Part shown: in pieces, positions 25,049 through 33,539 of the stretch
Layout: each line of letters opens with the position of its first letter
How positions within the stretch are numbered: position 1 is the first letter of the stretch
Sequence record: OZ035727.1
Direction: 5' to 3' (one strand)
From: Vectrevirus T205P4
DNA: 44,005 nucleotides
The notes under the pieces: generated by a model
Database searches by the model: none
Seen by the model: the letters and a program-made list of their open reading frames with translations, nothing else
Told to the model about the DNA's origin: nothing
Program-made: the position numbers and the translations under genes

Positions 25049-25443
25049 AATCATCGGAGGTAGCAGCTTATAAGAGGGAATTGCTAGAGAAGCAAGGATG
25101 GAGGTGCCCACTATGTGGCGGCAGTCTCAAGGCTGTTACTCCTATAAACCGTGTACTTGACCATGACCATGAGACAGGATTCTGCCGTGCTGTTGTATGC
25201 CGAGGCTGCAATGGTGCAGAAGGAAAGATTAAGGGTGTTATCTCTGGTTACGGTAAGGCTGGTAACAACCGTTACTTCCAGCTTCAATGGTTAGAGCGAC
25301 TATATGAATACTGGAAGTTACATAGTACGCCTCAGACAGATAAGTTATATCACAAACATCAAACGGAGGCAGAGAAGCGCGAGGCTAAGAACCGTAAGGC
25401 ACGCCTTGCTTATGCAAGAAAGAAGGAGGTTAAAGTTGGGTAA
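25033..25443 (+). CDS. Endonuclease VII-family (HNH-like) nuclease, putative junction resolvase, 136 aa
   Basis: WRCPLCGG...LDHDHETGFCRAVVCRGCNGAEG matches the Cys/His-Asn pattern of the T4 endonuclease VII family. Confidence 0.75.
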   Translation: MVSKLKSSEVAAYKRELLEKQGWRCPLCGGSLKAVTPINRVLDHDHETGFCRAVVCRGCNGAEGKIKGVISGYGKAGNNRYFQLQWLERLYEYWKLHSTPQTDKLYHKHQTEAEKREAKNRKARLAYARKKEVKVG

Positions 25444-26443
25444 GCTTCGCAGCTTGTACAAAGACTCCGAGGTACTTGATGCAATCGAGCAAGCTACCGA
25501 CGAGAAAGGTAATGTTAATTACAATGAGATGGCACGTGTATTATCGTGTCACCCTGTGGGTAAGAAGATTACCCGCCAGTTGGCTCGATACTGGCATGGT
25601 CAATTCAAGAAGACCAAGAAGAATGGTGATTATTACCAGACCCTTCTGCAAGAAGATAAGCGTATCAAAGAAGAGCGTAAGCTCAGGACTCCTGACCGCT
25701 ACGAGGATTTGGCTATTGTACCATTGCCTGACTCGCCTCATCGAAGTGTACTGGTAATCCCTGATACTCATGCACCTTATGAGCATCCAGATACCTTAGA
25801 GTTCCTTGCAGCAGTCGCGGCACGTTACCGTCCAGATACAGTGGTTCACTTAGGAGATGAGGCAGATAAACACGCCCTCTCCTTCCATGACTCTGACCCG
25901 AATCTGGATAGTGCTGGCATGGAGCTAGAGAAGGCTCGTGTCTTCATGCACAAATTGCACAAGATGTTCCCTGTGATGAGACTGTGTCACTCCAACCACG
26001 GCTCTATGCACTTCCGTAAGGCAAGCGCTAAGGGCATTCCTGTGCAATACCTGCGCACCTACCGTGAAGTCTTCTTCCCGCAGGGAGGTGGCGACCAGTG
26101 GGACTGGCAGCATACTCATGTTCTTGAGCTACCTAATGGTGAACAGGTGGCGTTCAAGCATCAACCTGCTGGCTCTGTTCTAGCAGATGCAGCGCATGAG
26201 CGCATGAACCTAGTGTGCGGTCACTTGCATGGTAAGATGTCTGTGGAGTACGCACGTAATACACATGAACAGTATTGGGCTGTGCAGGGTGGCTGCTTAA
26301 TTGATGAGTCATCCCGTGCCTTTGCCTATGGGCGTGAGTCTAAATACAAGCCAGCATTAGGTTGTGTGGTTATTTTGGAAGGTGTGCCTCATATTGTCCC
26401 GATGCAAACCAATAGCGACAACCGTTGGATTGGCAAGATTTAG
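25436..26443 (+). CDS. Calcineurin-like metallophosphoesterase, about 335 aa (TTG start proposed; alternative ATG at 25526)
   Basis: Motifs VIPDTHAPYEH, HLGDE, GHLHG; AAGGAGG RBS 6 nt before TTG at 25436. Confidence 0.7.
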   Translation: MGKLRSLYKDSEVLDAIEQATDEKGNVNYNEMARVLSCHPVGKKITRQLARYWHGQFKKTKKNGDYYQTLLQEDKRIKEERKLRTPDRYEDLAIVPLPDSPHRSVLVIPDTHAPYEHPDTLEFLAAVAARYRPDTVVHLGDEADKHALSFHDSDPNLDSAGMELEKARVFMHKLHKMFPVMRLCHSNHGSMHFRKASAKGIPVQYLRTYREVFFPQGGGDQWDWQHTHVLELPNGEQVAFKHQPAGSVLADAAHERMNLVCGHLHGKMSVEYARNTHEQYWAVQGGCLIDESSRAFAYGRESKYKPALGCVVILEGVPHIVPMQTNSDNRWIGKI

Positions 26444-26461
26444 TTGACACTATAGAACAAA
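26438..26461 (+). promoter_or_regulatory. Phage RNAP promoter P9 (GATTTAGTTGACACTATAGAACAA)
   Basis: Consensus-like, closest to the canonical SP6 form in its upstream half; overlaps the phosphoesterase stop. Confidence 0.65.
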
Positions 26462-26543
26462 GGGCTAGGTAAGACTTTATCGGCTGGCGTATCCAAATGA
26501 TATTGCACTAGCCCTTGATTGTATAGTGAATGGAGGGTTCAAT

Positions 26544-27047
26544 ATGTCACACTATGAATGTAAGAAGTGTCATAAGCGTTATGATTACTGTACTTGTGGT
26601 CAAGAGAAAACATCTTTTAAAGTTGGAGACAAGGTATTTCGTAATGAAAAAGATTCGATTCCTTGGAATCAATACTGCAAAGAAGCTGGTATCGACCCTG
26701 ATAGCCCTGTAACCATAGATGATATTGATGGCATTAACTTGTGCTTTCGTGAGGTGAGGGGTACAGGTTGGGATTCCAAAAAATTCAAACTTGCATCTGA
26801 TAAGTTAGACAACAATATGGTAACTAAGCCTAAGCACTACGAGTTCTTTGATGGCGTAGAGGCAATCACTATCATTGCCCGCAGTATGACCGAGAAGCAA
26901 TTCGCTGGCTATTGCATGGGTAATGCTTTGAAGTACCGTCTACGTGCAGGTAAGAAGTTCAACACTGAAGAAGACCTGAAGAAAGCAGATTACTACAAAG
27001 AGTTATTCCAGAAGCATCGTCACGAATGTATTGATGAGGATATTTGA
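26544..27047 (+). CDS. DUF3310-type phage protein with N-terminal zinc ribbon (T7 gp1.7 nucleotide-kinase-like family), about 167 aa
   Basis: CKKCHK...CTCG zinc ribbon; KPKHYEFFDGVEAI...GNALKYRLRAGKK...EDLKKADYY fits the DUF3310 pattern as I recall it. Confidence 0.55.
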   Translation: MSHYECKKCHKRYDYCTCGQEKTSFKVGDKVFRNEKDSIPWNQYCKEAGIDPDSPVTIDDIDGINLCFREVRGTGWDSKKFKLASDKLDNNMVTKPKHYEFFDGVEAITIIARSMTEKQFAGYCMGNALKYRLRAGKKFNTEEDLKKADYYKELFQKHRHECIDEDI

Positions 27048-27048
27048 T

Positions 27049-27996
27049 ATGAATATCTTTGAGTTCCTAGGTCTTCCAGAAGACCACCGCAATCACCCAT
27101 TCATGCTGGTGAAGCATCGCGGTGAAGTTCCTGAGAAGAAATTAACTTTTCCATGTTATGCACAGGTGAAACGAGATGGTATCTTTTCTGCTGTTGTTGT
27201 TCGCACTGATGGTGTCGTTGGCATTTTTGGTCGCACTGGTAAGAAATTGGCAAACACTGAAGGCCTCGAACAAGCATTTGCTACCTTTCCGGTTGGCATT
27301 TATCTTGGTGAGCTTCAGTCTATGGCCATTGATATCTACCTTGAGGCAATCTCTGGGGTTGTGAACCCCAATCGCACTGAGCCACTTGATTTCATAGGCC
27401 AGCAGATTAAAGACAACCTGTATATCGACTTCTTCGATATGTTAACTATTAAGGCATTCCATGATGGATTCACTGATGTTTCTTATCTCAAACGTTACGA
27501 TGCTTTACATCGCCGCATCGGCGCTCATCTTAGCGGGTACAACGCTATCCTTCCTATTACTCCTTGCCATAATGAGCGAGAAGTTGAAGCGTTTGCGCAA
27601 GAGCAGATAGACGCAGGCCGAGAGGGTGCTGTGTTTAAACTGGACTGTGATTATGAAGCAGGACATAAAGGTTATCGTCAGACTAAAGAAGTCCGTAAGG
27701 TAACTTATGACCTTACTTGTATTGGCTTTGAAGAAGGTAAAGGCAAATACAAAGGTAAGGTAGCTAACCTCATTTTCAAATGGAAAGGAGGCAAGACAAT
27801 CAAAGCTATGTTAGGTAAGGGGTGGGCTCATGCAGATGCAGAACAGATGTTCCACGACATTAAACATGGTGGACGATTGAATGTCATTGGTAAAATCTTT
27901 GAAGTCAAAGGTCTTCAGGATTCAAGCAAGGGCAACATTCGTCTGCCCAAAGCGGGAGAATTAAGACATGACAAAGATGAACCAGATTTCTTTTGA
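27049..27996 (+). CDS. ATP-dependent DNA ligase (T7 gp1.3-like), about 315 aa
   Basis: Adenylation motif AQVKRDG, EGAVFK and LIFKWK motifs. Confidence 0.85.
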   Translation: MNIFEFLGLPEDHRNHPFMLVKHRGEVPEKKLTFPCYAQVKRDGIFSAVVVRTDGVVGIFGRTGKKLANTEGLEQAFATFPVGIYLGELQSMAIDIYLEAISGVVNPNRTEPLDFIGQQIKDNLYIDFFDMLTIKAFHDGFTDVSYLKRYDALHRRIGAHLSGYNAILPITPCHNEREVEAFAQEQIDAGREGAVFKLDCDYEAGHKGYRQTKEVRKVTYDLTCIGFEEGKGKYKGKVANLIFKWKGGKTIKAMLGKGWAHADAEQMFHDIKHGGRLNVIGKIFEVKGLQDSSKGNIRLPKAGELRHDKDEPDFF

Positions 27997-28183
27997 TAGC
28001 ATGAAGGCAACTCGTGCAGTTGAGGTAGCAGAAGCTATCTTTGAAACTTTATCCTGTGGCATGGAAGTGCCATATACTTTACTTGCTGATGCAGAAGAAC
28101 TTGGTCTTTCTGTAGAAGCTATCCAAGAGAAGGTTGACGAATTATATGGTACAGACGAAGAAGAAACCGACGATTTCATTTGA
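27968..28183 (+). CDS. Hypothetical acidic protein, 71 aa (ends ...EEETDDFI)
   Basis: GGGAGA RBS; overlaps ligase 3' end. Confidence 0.45.
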   Translation: MTKMNQISFDSMKATRAVEVAEAIFETLSCGMEVPYTLLADAEELGLSVEAIQEKVDELYGTDEEETDDFI

Positions 28184-28316
28184 AGGAATGGAGATGCTTG
28201 AGATGATTCTCAAGCCTTCTTCTCCGAAGGTGACTAAGACTCATGAAGAGTTAATCGTTGATGAAGTGAAGCGTTACATCATGGATTGTGTCAGAGCACA
28301 ACTGGTGGTTCAATGA
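28146..28316 (+). CDS. Hypothetical small protein (start uncertain, 42-60 aa)
   Basis: ATGA stop/start overlap with the downstream GNAT gene supports translation; start codon not resolved. Confidence 0.3.
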   Translation: MVQTKKKPTISFEGMEMLEMILKPSSPKVTKTHEELIVDEVKRYIMDCVRAQLVVQ

Positions 28317-28774
28317 TACGTCCAGCTTCCTTCCTAGATATTCCTGAGATTATAAACCTTGGGAATAAATATGTGGAAGAGGAAGTCAAGGTAGTGGCCC
28401 ATCACTCAGCCTCATGGAATGCAGAACAAAGTGCACATAACCTTTGTGCATCTCTTAGTAGAGAAGATTTATTCCTATGGGTGGCTGTAGATGAAGGGAA
28501 GATTGTAGGGTTCCTGTGGGCTGGCTATCACGAGTTAGCCCCTTGGACACCTGTAAGGGTTGCCTCTGACATTCTCTTTTACATTATACCAGAGAAGCGA
28601 GGGACACTACTAGGTATGCGTCTTATCAAGGCTCTTAAACAATGGGCTAATGAAAATGAATGCTCTGAGGTTCGCCTGTCTATCGCCTCTGGTATTAATG
28701 AAGAACGTGTCGGACGTATGTATAAGCGACTTGGCTTTGAACCGTTTGGCACTGTGTACAACCTGAAGTTCTAA
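28313..28774 (+). CDS. GNAT-family N-acetyltransferase, about 153 aa
   Basis: KIVGFLWAGYHE followed by IPEKRGTLLGMRLIKAL resembles the GNAT acetyl-CoA binding motif (Q/R-x-x-G-x-G/A). Confidence 0.65.
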   Translation: MIRPASFLDIPEIINLGNKYVEEEVKVVAHHSASWNAEQSAHNLCASLSREDLFLWVAVDEGKIVGFLWAGYHELAPWTPVRVASDILFYIIPEKRGTLLGMRLIKALKQWANENECSEVRLSIASGINEERVGRMYKRLGFEPFGTVYNLKF

Positions 28775-28783
28775 GGAGATAAC

Positions 28784-28993
28784 ATGGGTGTTGTAAAGAA
28801 AGCATTTAAGGCTATCGGTCTTGCTCAAGATGCACCACGTATTGAAGCCAAAGTCCCAGCACAGCAGCTTGAGCGTAAGCCTGAGACTGAAGCTGAAGAT
28901 ATTCAAATTGGTGCAGGTGGTGATGATGCGACTGCATCTGCAAAAGGTAAGCGCGGCCTTGTCCGTCCGGTAGCTTCTAGCTTGAAGGTGTAA
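28784..28993 (+). CDS. Hypothetical small basic protein, 69 aa (possible minor virion protein)
   Basis: AAGGAGA RBS; directly precedes the portal gene. Confidence 0.5.
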   Translation: MGVVKKAFKAIGLAQDAPRIEAKVPAQQLERKPETEAEDIQIGAGGDDATASAKGKRGLVRPVASSLKV

Positions 28994-28994
28994 T

Positions 28995-30545
28995 ATGAAA
29001 CAGAGCACAGATTTGGAGTATGGAGGTAAGCGGTCTAAGATACCTAAGCTATGGGAGAAGTTCTCCACTAAACGTAGCTCTTTCCTTGATAGGGCGAAGC
29101 ATTACTCCAAATTAACCTTGCCCTATCTGATGAATGACAAAGGTGATAACGAGACTTCGCAGAATGGATGGCAAGGTGTAGGTGCTCAGGCAACTAATCA
29201 TCTAGCCAACAAGCTAGCGCAAGTACTATTTCCTGCACAGCGTTCCTTCTTCCGTGTAGACTTAACTGCACAAGGTGAGAAGGTTCTTAATCAGCGTGGC
29301 CTGAAGAAGACAGAGCTAGCTACCATCTTCGCTCAAGTGGAAACACGGGCAATGAAAGAGTTAGAGCAACGTCAATTCCGGCCTGCTGTAGTGGAAGCAT
29401 TCAAGCATCTTATTGTTGCTGGTAGCTGTATGCTATACAAGCCGAGCAAAGGTGCAATCAGTGCTATCCCAATGCATCACTATGTAGTTAACCGTGATAC
29501 CAATGGCGACCTGTTAGACATTATCTTACTGCAAGAGAAAGCCTTACGCACCTTTGACCCAGCTACACGTGCTGTAGTAGAGGTTGGCCTGAAAGGTAAG
29601 AAGTGCAAGGAGGATGACAGCGTTAAGCTGTACACACATGCTAAGTATCTTGGTGATGGATTTTGGGAACTCAAGCAATCTGCTGATGATATCCCTGTGG
29701 GTAAGGTGAGTAAAATCAAATCAGAAAAGCTACCTTTCATCCCATTAACTTGGAAGCGAAGCTATGGTGAGGATTGGGGTCGCCCTCTTGCAGAGGATTA
29801 CTCCGGTGATTTATTCGTTATCCAATTCTTATCTGAAGCGGTTGCCCGTGGTGCTGCGCTGATGGCAGATATCAAGTACCTGATTCGTCCGGGTGCTCAA
29901 ACTGATGTTGACCACTTTGTTAACTCTGGCACTGGTGAGGTTGTCACTGGTGTAGAAGAAGACATCCATATTGTACAGTTAGGTAAGTACGCAGACCTCA
30001 CACCTATTAGCGCGGTTCTAGAGGTATACACTCGCCGTATCGGTGTTGTCTTCATGATGGAGACAATGACACGCCGTGACGCCGAACGTGTTACTGCTGT
30101 AGAAATCCAGCGAGATGCGTTAGAGATTGAGCAGAACATGGGTGGTGTATACTCCCTCTTTGCTACTACTATGCAATCGCCAGTAGCGATGTGGGGTCTG
30201 CTGGAGGCAGGGGAGTCCTTCACTAGTGACTTAGTGGACCCTGTGATTATCACAGGTATTGAAGCTTTAGGACGCATGGCTGAGTTGGATAAACTGGCTA
30301 ACTTTGCTCAGTATATGTCACTGCCATTACAATGGCCTGAGCCTGTCCTAGCTGCTGTGAAATGGCCTGACTATATGGATTGGGTGCGTGGTCAAATCTC
30401 TGCTGAACTGCCGTTCCTTAAATCGGCTGAAGAGATGGCACAAGAACAGGAAGCACAGATGCAAGCACAGCAAGCACAGATGCTTGAAGAAGGTGTGGCT
30501 AAGGCCGTGCCGGGTGTAATTCAACAAGAACTTAAGGAGGCGTAA
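28995..30545 (+). CDS. Head-tail connector (portal) protein, T7 gp8-like, 516 aa
   Basis: Size and position before scaffold and capsid genes; acidic Gln/Ala/Glu-rich C-terminus. Confidence 0.85.
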   Translation: MKQSTDLEYGGKRSKIPKLWEKFSTKRSSFLDRAKHYSKLTLPYLMNDKGDNETSQNGWQGVGAQATNHLANKLAQVLFPAQRSFFRVDLTAQGEKVLNQRGLKKTELATIFAQVETRAMKELEQRQFRPAVVEAFKHLIVAGSCMLYKPSKGAISAIPMHHYVVNRDTNGDLLDIILLQEKALRTFDPATRAVVEVGLKGKKCKEDDSVKLYTHAKYLGDGFWELKQSADDIPVGKVSKIKSEKLPFIPLTWKRSYGEDWGRPLAEDYSGDLFVIQFLSEAVARGAALMADIKYLIRPGAQTDVDHFVNSGTGEVVTGVEEDIHIVQLGKYADLTPISAVLEVYTRRIGVVFMMETMTRRDAERVTAVEIQRDALEIEQNMGGVYSLFATTMQSPVAMWGLLEAGESFTSDLVDPVIITGIEALGRMAELDKLANFAQYMSLPLQWPEPVLAAVKWPDYMDWVRGQISAELPFLKSAEEMAQEQEAQMQAQQAQMLEEGVAKAVPGVIQQELKEA

Positions 30546-31465
30546 TGTCTTTCTCATTTACTGAACCGTCAACCACTCACCCTACTGCTGAAGAGGGTCC
30601 GGTAGAAACCAAGGAGGTAACAACTGATGCTGCTACTACTGATGATCCTGCTGACGCTGGCACTGCTGTACAAGATGACAATGCTGGTGCACAACCTACT
30701 GAAGACACCGGAGGAGAAGCTTCTGGACAGCCTTCAGAAAAAGGAGACAATGGCGGAGAGAATGGTGAACCTAAGCCAGATGATACCGCGACCGACACTG
30801 AGGAAGTGCAATACTTCTTCGGAGAACATGAAGTAACAGTAGACATCCCACAGGATGTAACTGACAGCCTTAAAGAGAAAGGCATTGATGCCAAGCAGGT
30901 TGCCAAGGAACTCTATTCCAAAGGTGGCAAGTTTGAACTGTCAGATGCAACCAAGCAGAAATTGTATGATGCTTTTGGCAAGTTTGCGGTAGATGCTTAC
31001 CTGTCAGGTCTTAAGGCTCAAAATGAAGCCTTCTTCCTGAAAGAAGCCAACGCAGCTAAAGAGTTGGAAGCAGCTAACACCCAACGCTTCTCTGATGTTT
31101 CTAAGGAAATTGGTGGCGAAGAAGGTTGGTCCCGTCTTGAGGAGTGGGCGCTTGAAACGCTATCCGATGACGAACTCACGGCATTCAATGCTGTGATGGA
31201 GTCTGGCAACCAGTACCTCCAGCAGTACGCTGTGCGTGAACTGGAGAGCCGCCGTAAGGCTGCACAGGGTGATGACAAACCAAATCTGATTGAACCCTCT
31301 GCACCTGCTACTGCATCTGAAGATAATGGCCCCCTCTCTCGTGAGCAGTACCTGCGTGAGATGATGACTCTTAGCTCTCGCTTCGGTACAGACAAGAAAG
31401 CTGCTGCTGAGTATCAGGCTAAACTGGATGCTCGCCGTCGTGCTGGTATGGCTCGAGGTCTGTAA
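30545..31465 (+). CDS. Capsid assembly (scaffolding) protein, T7 gp9-like, 306 aa
   Basis: Acidic low-complexity N-terminus and coiled-coil-like C-terminus; between portal and capsid genes. Confidence 0.75.
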   Translation: MSFSFTEPSTTHPTAEEGPVETKEVTTDAATTDDPADAGTAVQDDNAGAQPTEDTGGEASGQPSEKGDNGGENGEPKPDDTATDTEEVQYFFGEHEVTVDIPQDVTDSLKEKGIDAKQVAKELYSKGGKFELSDATKQKLYDAFGKFAVDAYLSGLKAQNEAFFLKEANAAKELEAANTQRFSDVSKEIGGEEGWSRLEEWALETLSDDELTAFNAVMESGNQYLQQYAVRELESRRKAAQGDDKPNLIEPSAPATASEDNGPLSREQYLREMMTLSSRFGTDKKAAAEYQAKLDARRRAGMARGL

Positions 31466-31468
31466 TCA

Positions 31469-31493
31469 GTATTTACTGGACACTATAGAAGGG
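31469..31493 (+). promoter_or_regulatory. Phage RNAP promoter P10 (TATTTACTGGACACTATAGAAGGG) for the capsid gene, with 5' leader hairpin GGGAGA-AATG-TCTCCC
   Basis: Perfect consensus; the transcript would begin with a 6-bp stem-loop. Confidence 0.85.
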
Positions 31494-31541
31494 AGAAATG
31501 TCTCCCTAAAATATCACTTTGATTTATAAGGAGGTTTATTA

Positions 31542-32747
31542 ATGTCTACACCGAATACTCTGACCAACGTTGCAGTCTCCGCTTCCGGTGAGGTAGACAG
31601 CCTGCTCATTGAGAAATTCAATGGTAAGGTGAATGAGCAGTACCTGAAAGGTGAGAACATCATGTCCTACTTCGATGTTCAGACTGTCACTGGTACTAAC
31701 ACGGTAAGCAACAAATACTTGGGTGAAACAGAGTTGCAGGTTCTGGCACCGGGTCAGTCTCCTGCTGCAACCTCTACTCAGGCCGATAAAAACCAGCTGG
31801 TAATTGATGCCACTGTTATCGCTCGTAACACCGTTGCACACCTGCATGATGTACAGGGTGATATTGACAGCCTGAAACCGAAGCTGGCTACCAACCAAGC
31901 TAAGCAGCTTAAGAAGATGGAAGATGAAATGCTGATTCAGCAGATGCTGCTGGGCGGTATTGCTAACACTCAGGCTAAGCGTACTAATCCGCGTGTTAAA
32001 GGCCATGGCTTCTCTGTCAACGTAGAAGTTGCAGAAAGTGAAGCACTGGTCAACCCGCAGTATGTAATGGCGGCTGTAGAGTTTGCTCTGGAGCAGCAGC
32101 TTGAGCAGGAAGTAGACATCTCTGATGTAGCTATCCTGATGCCGTGGCGCTACTTCAACGTACTGCGTGATGCAGACCGTATCGTTGACAAGAGCTACAC
32201 CATTAGCCAGTCTGGTGCAACCATTCAGGGTTTTGTTCTGTCTTCTTACAACTGCCCTGTTATCCCGTCTAACCGCTTCCCTAAATTCTCTGCTGGTCAG
32301 AAACATCACCTGCTGTCAAATGAAGACAACGGTTATCGTTATGACCCGACTGCAGAAATGAATGGCGCTATCGCTGTACTGTTCACTGCTGATGCGTTGC
32401 TGGTTGGTCGTTCTATTGATGTTACTGGCGATATCTTCTATGAGAAGAAAGAGAAGACCTACTACATTGATACTTTCATGTCTGAAGGTGCAATCCCTGA
32501 TCGTTGGGAAGCAGTGTCTGTTGTGACAACTAAGCGTAACTCATCTACTGGTGATGCTGAGGGTACTGATGGAGCACAGCACACTCAAGTTCTTAACCGT
32601 GCACAGCGCAAAGCTGTATACGTCAAGAATGCTGCTCCGGCAGGTGCTGCCGCTGCTGCTAGTCTGTCTGCTGAAGACTTAGTTGCTGCTGTCCGTGCTG
32701 TCATGGCAAATGACATTAAGCCGACTGCAATGAAACCTGCTGAGTAA
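31542..32747 (+). CDS. Major capsid protein, 401 aa
   Basis: Strongest promoter and AAGGAGG RBS; followed by strong terminator; position between scaffold and tail-tube genes. Confidence 0.88.
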   Translation: MSTPNTLTNVAVSASGEVDSLLIEKFNGKVNEQYLKGENIMSYFDVQTVTGTNTVSNKYLGETELQVLAPGQSPAATSTQADKNQLVIDATVIARNTVAHLHDVQGDIDSLKPKLATNQAKQLKKMEDEMLIQQMLLGGIANTQAKRTNPRVKGHGFSVNVEVAESEALVNPQYVMAAVEFALEQQLEQEVDISDVAILMPWRYFNVLRDADRIVDKSYTISQSGATIQGFVLSSYNCPVIPSNRFPKFSAGQKHHLLSNEDNGYRYDPTAEMNGAIAVLFTADALLVGRSIDVTGDIFYEKKEKTYYIDTFMSEGAIPDRWEAVSVVTTKRNSSTGDAEGTDGAQHTQVLNRAQRKAVYVKNAAPAGAAAAASLSAEDLVAAVRAVMANDIKPTAMKPAE

Positions 32748-32754
32748 TACCTAT

Positions 32755-32789
32755 GCCCTATCTACCTTGCGTAGGTAGGGTTCTTTTTG
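32755..32789 (+). terminator. Strong hairpin terminator after the capsid gene (CCCTATCTAC-CTTGC-GTAGGTAGGG then TTCTTTTTG)
   Basis: 10-bp stem with one G-U pair, U-rich tract; analogous to T7 T-phi. Confidence 0.75.
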
Positions 32790-32801
32790 TTAGGAGGATT
32801 C

Positions 32802-33539
32802 ATGCCTGTAATTAAACAAACCAGTAAAGTAGGGCACATGATGGAAGATGTGGCCTTCCAGATTATTGATAGCAAGCTTGAAGCGGTCAACTTGTGTATG
32901 CGAGCTATTGGTCGTGAGGGTGTGGATTCTCTCGACTCAGGCGATCTTGATGCAGAAGATGCAAGTAAGATGATTGATATTGTATCCCAGCGCTTCCAGT
33001 ATAACAAAGGCGGTGGCTGGTGGTTCAATCGTGAACCTAACTGGCAGCTTGCACCAGACACGAACGGTGAGATTAACTTGCCTAATAACTGCCTAGCTGT
33101 ATTGCAGTGCTACGCATTGGGTGAGAAGAAAGTGCCTATGACTATGCGAGCAGGTAAGCTCTACTCTACTTGGAGTCACACCTTTGATATGCGTAAGCAT
33201 GTTAATGCTAATGGTATGATTCGTCTTACCTTACTCACCTTACTACCCTACGAGCATCTACCTACAAGTGTAATGCAGGCTATTGCCTATCAAGCTGCTG
33301 TAGAGTTTATTGTGTCTAAGGATGCAGATCAGACTAAGCTAGCCACTGCGCAGCAGATAGCCACTCAGCTTCTTATGGATGTACAATCTGAGCAAATGTC
33401 ACAGAAGCGATTAAACATGCTGGTACATAACCCCACTCAGCGTCAGTTTGGTATCATGGCTGGTGGCTCTCAGAATGTACCTGCTTACTCTCATTCACCT
33501 TATGAAAGTTGGGCGCTCCGTCCGTGGGAGGATCGTTAA
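32802..33539 (+). CDS. Tail tubular protein A (gp11-like), about 245 aa
   Basis: AGGAGG RBS before ATG at 32802; position before tail tubular protein B. Confidence 0.8.
   Translation: MPVIKQTSKVGHMMEDVAFQIIDSKLEAVNLCMRAIGREGVDSLDSGDLDAEDASKMIDIVSQRFQYNKGGGWWFNREPNWQLAPDTNGEINLPNNCLAVLQCYALGEKKVPMTMRAGKLYSTWSHTFDMRKHVNANGMIRLTLLTLLPYEHLPTSVMQAIAYQAAVEFIVSKDADQTKLATAQQIATQLLMDVQSEQMSQKRLNMLVHNPTQRQFGIMAGGSQNVPAYSHSPYESWALRPWEDR

Noticed and set aside
31539-32309. 256-aa minus-strand ORF
   Set aside because: Antisense to the major capsid gene; typical shadow ORF in a highly expressed gene.
31542-32747. Programmed -1 frameshift producing a longer capsid variant as in T7 10A/10B
   Set aside because: No obvious slippery heptamer or downstream extension frame near the 3' end; the 401-aa product already has the longer-form size.
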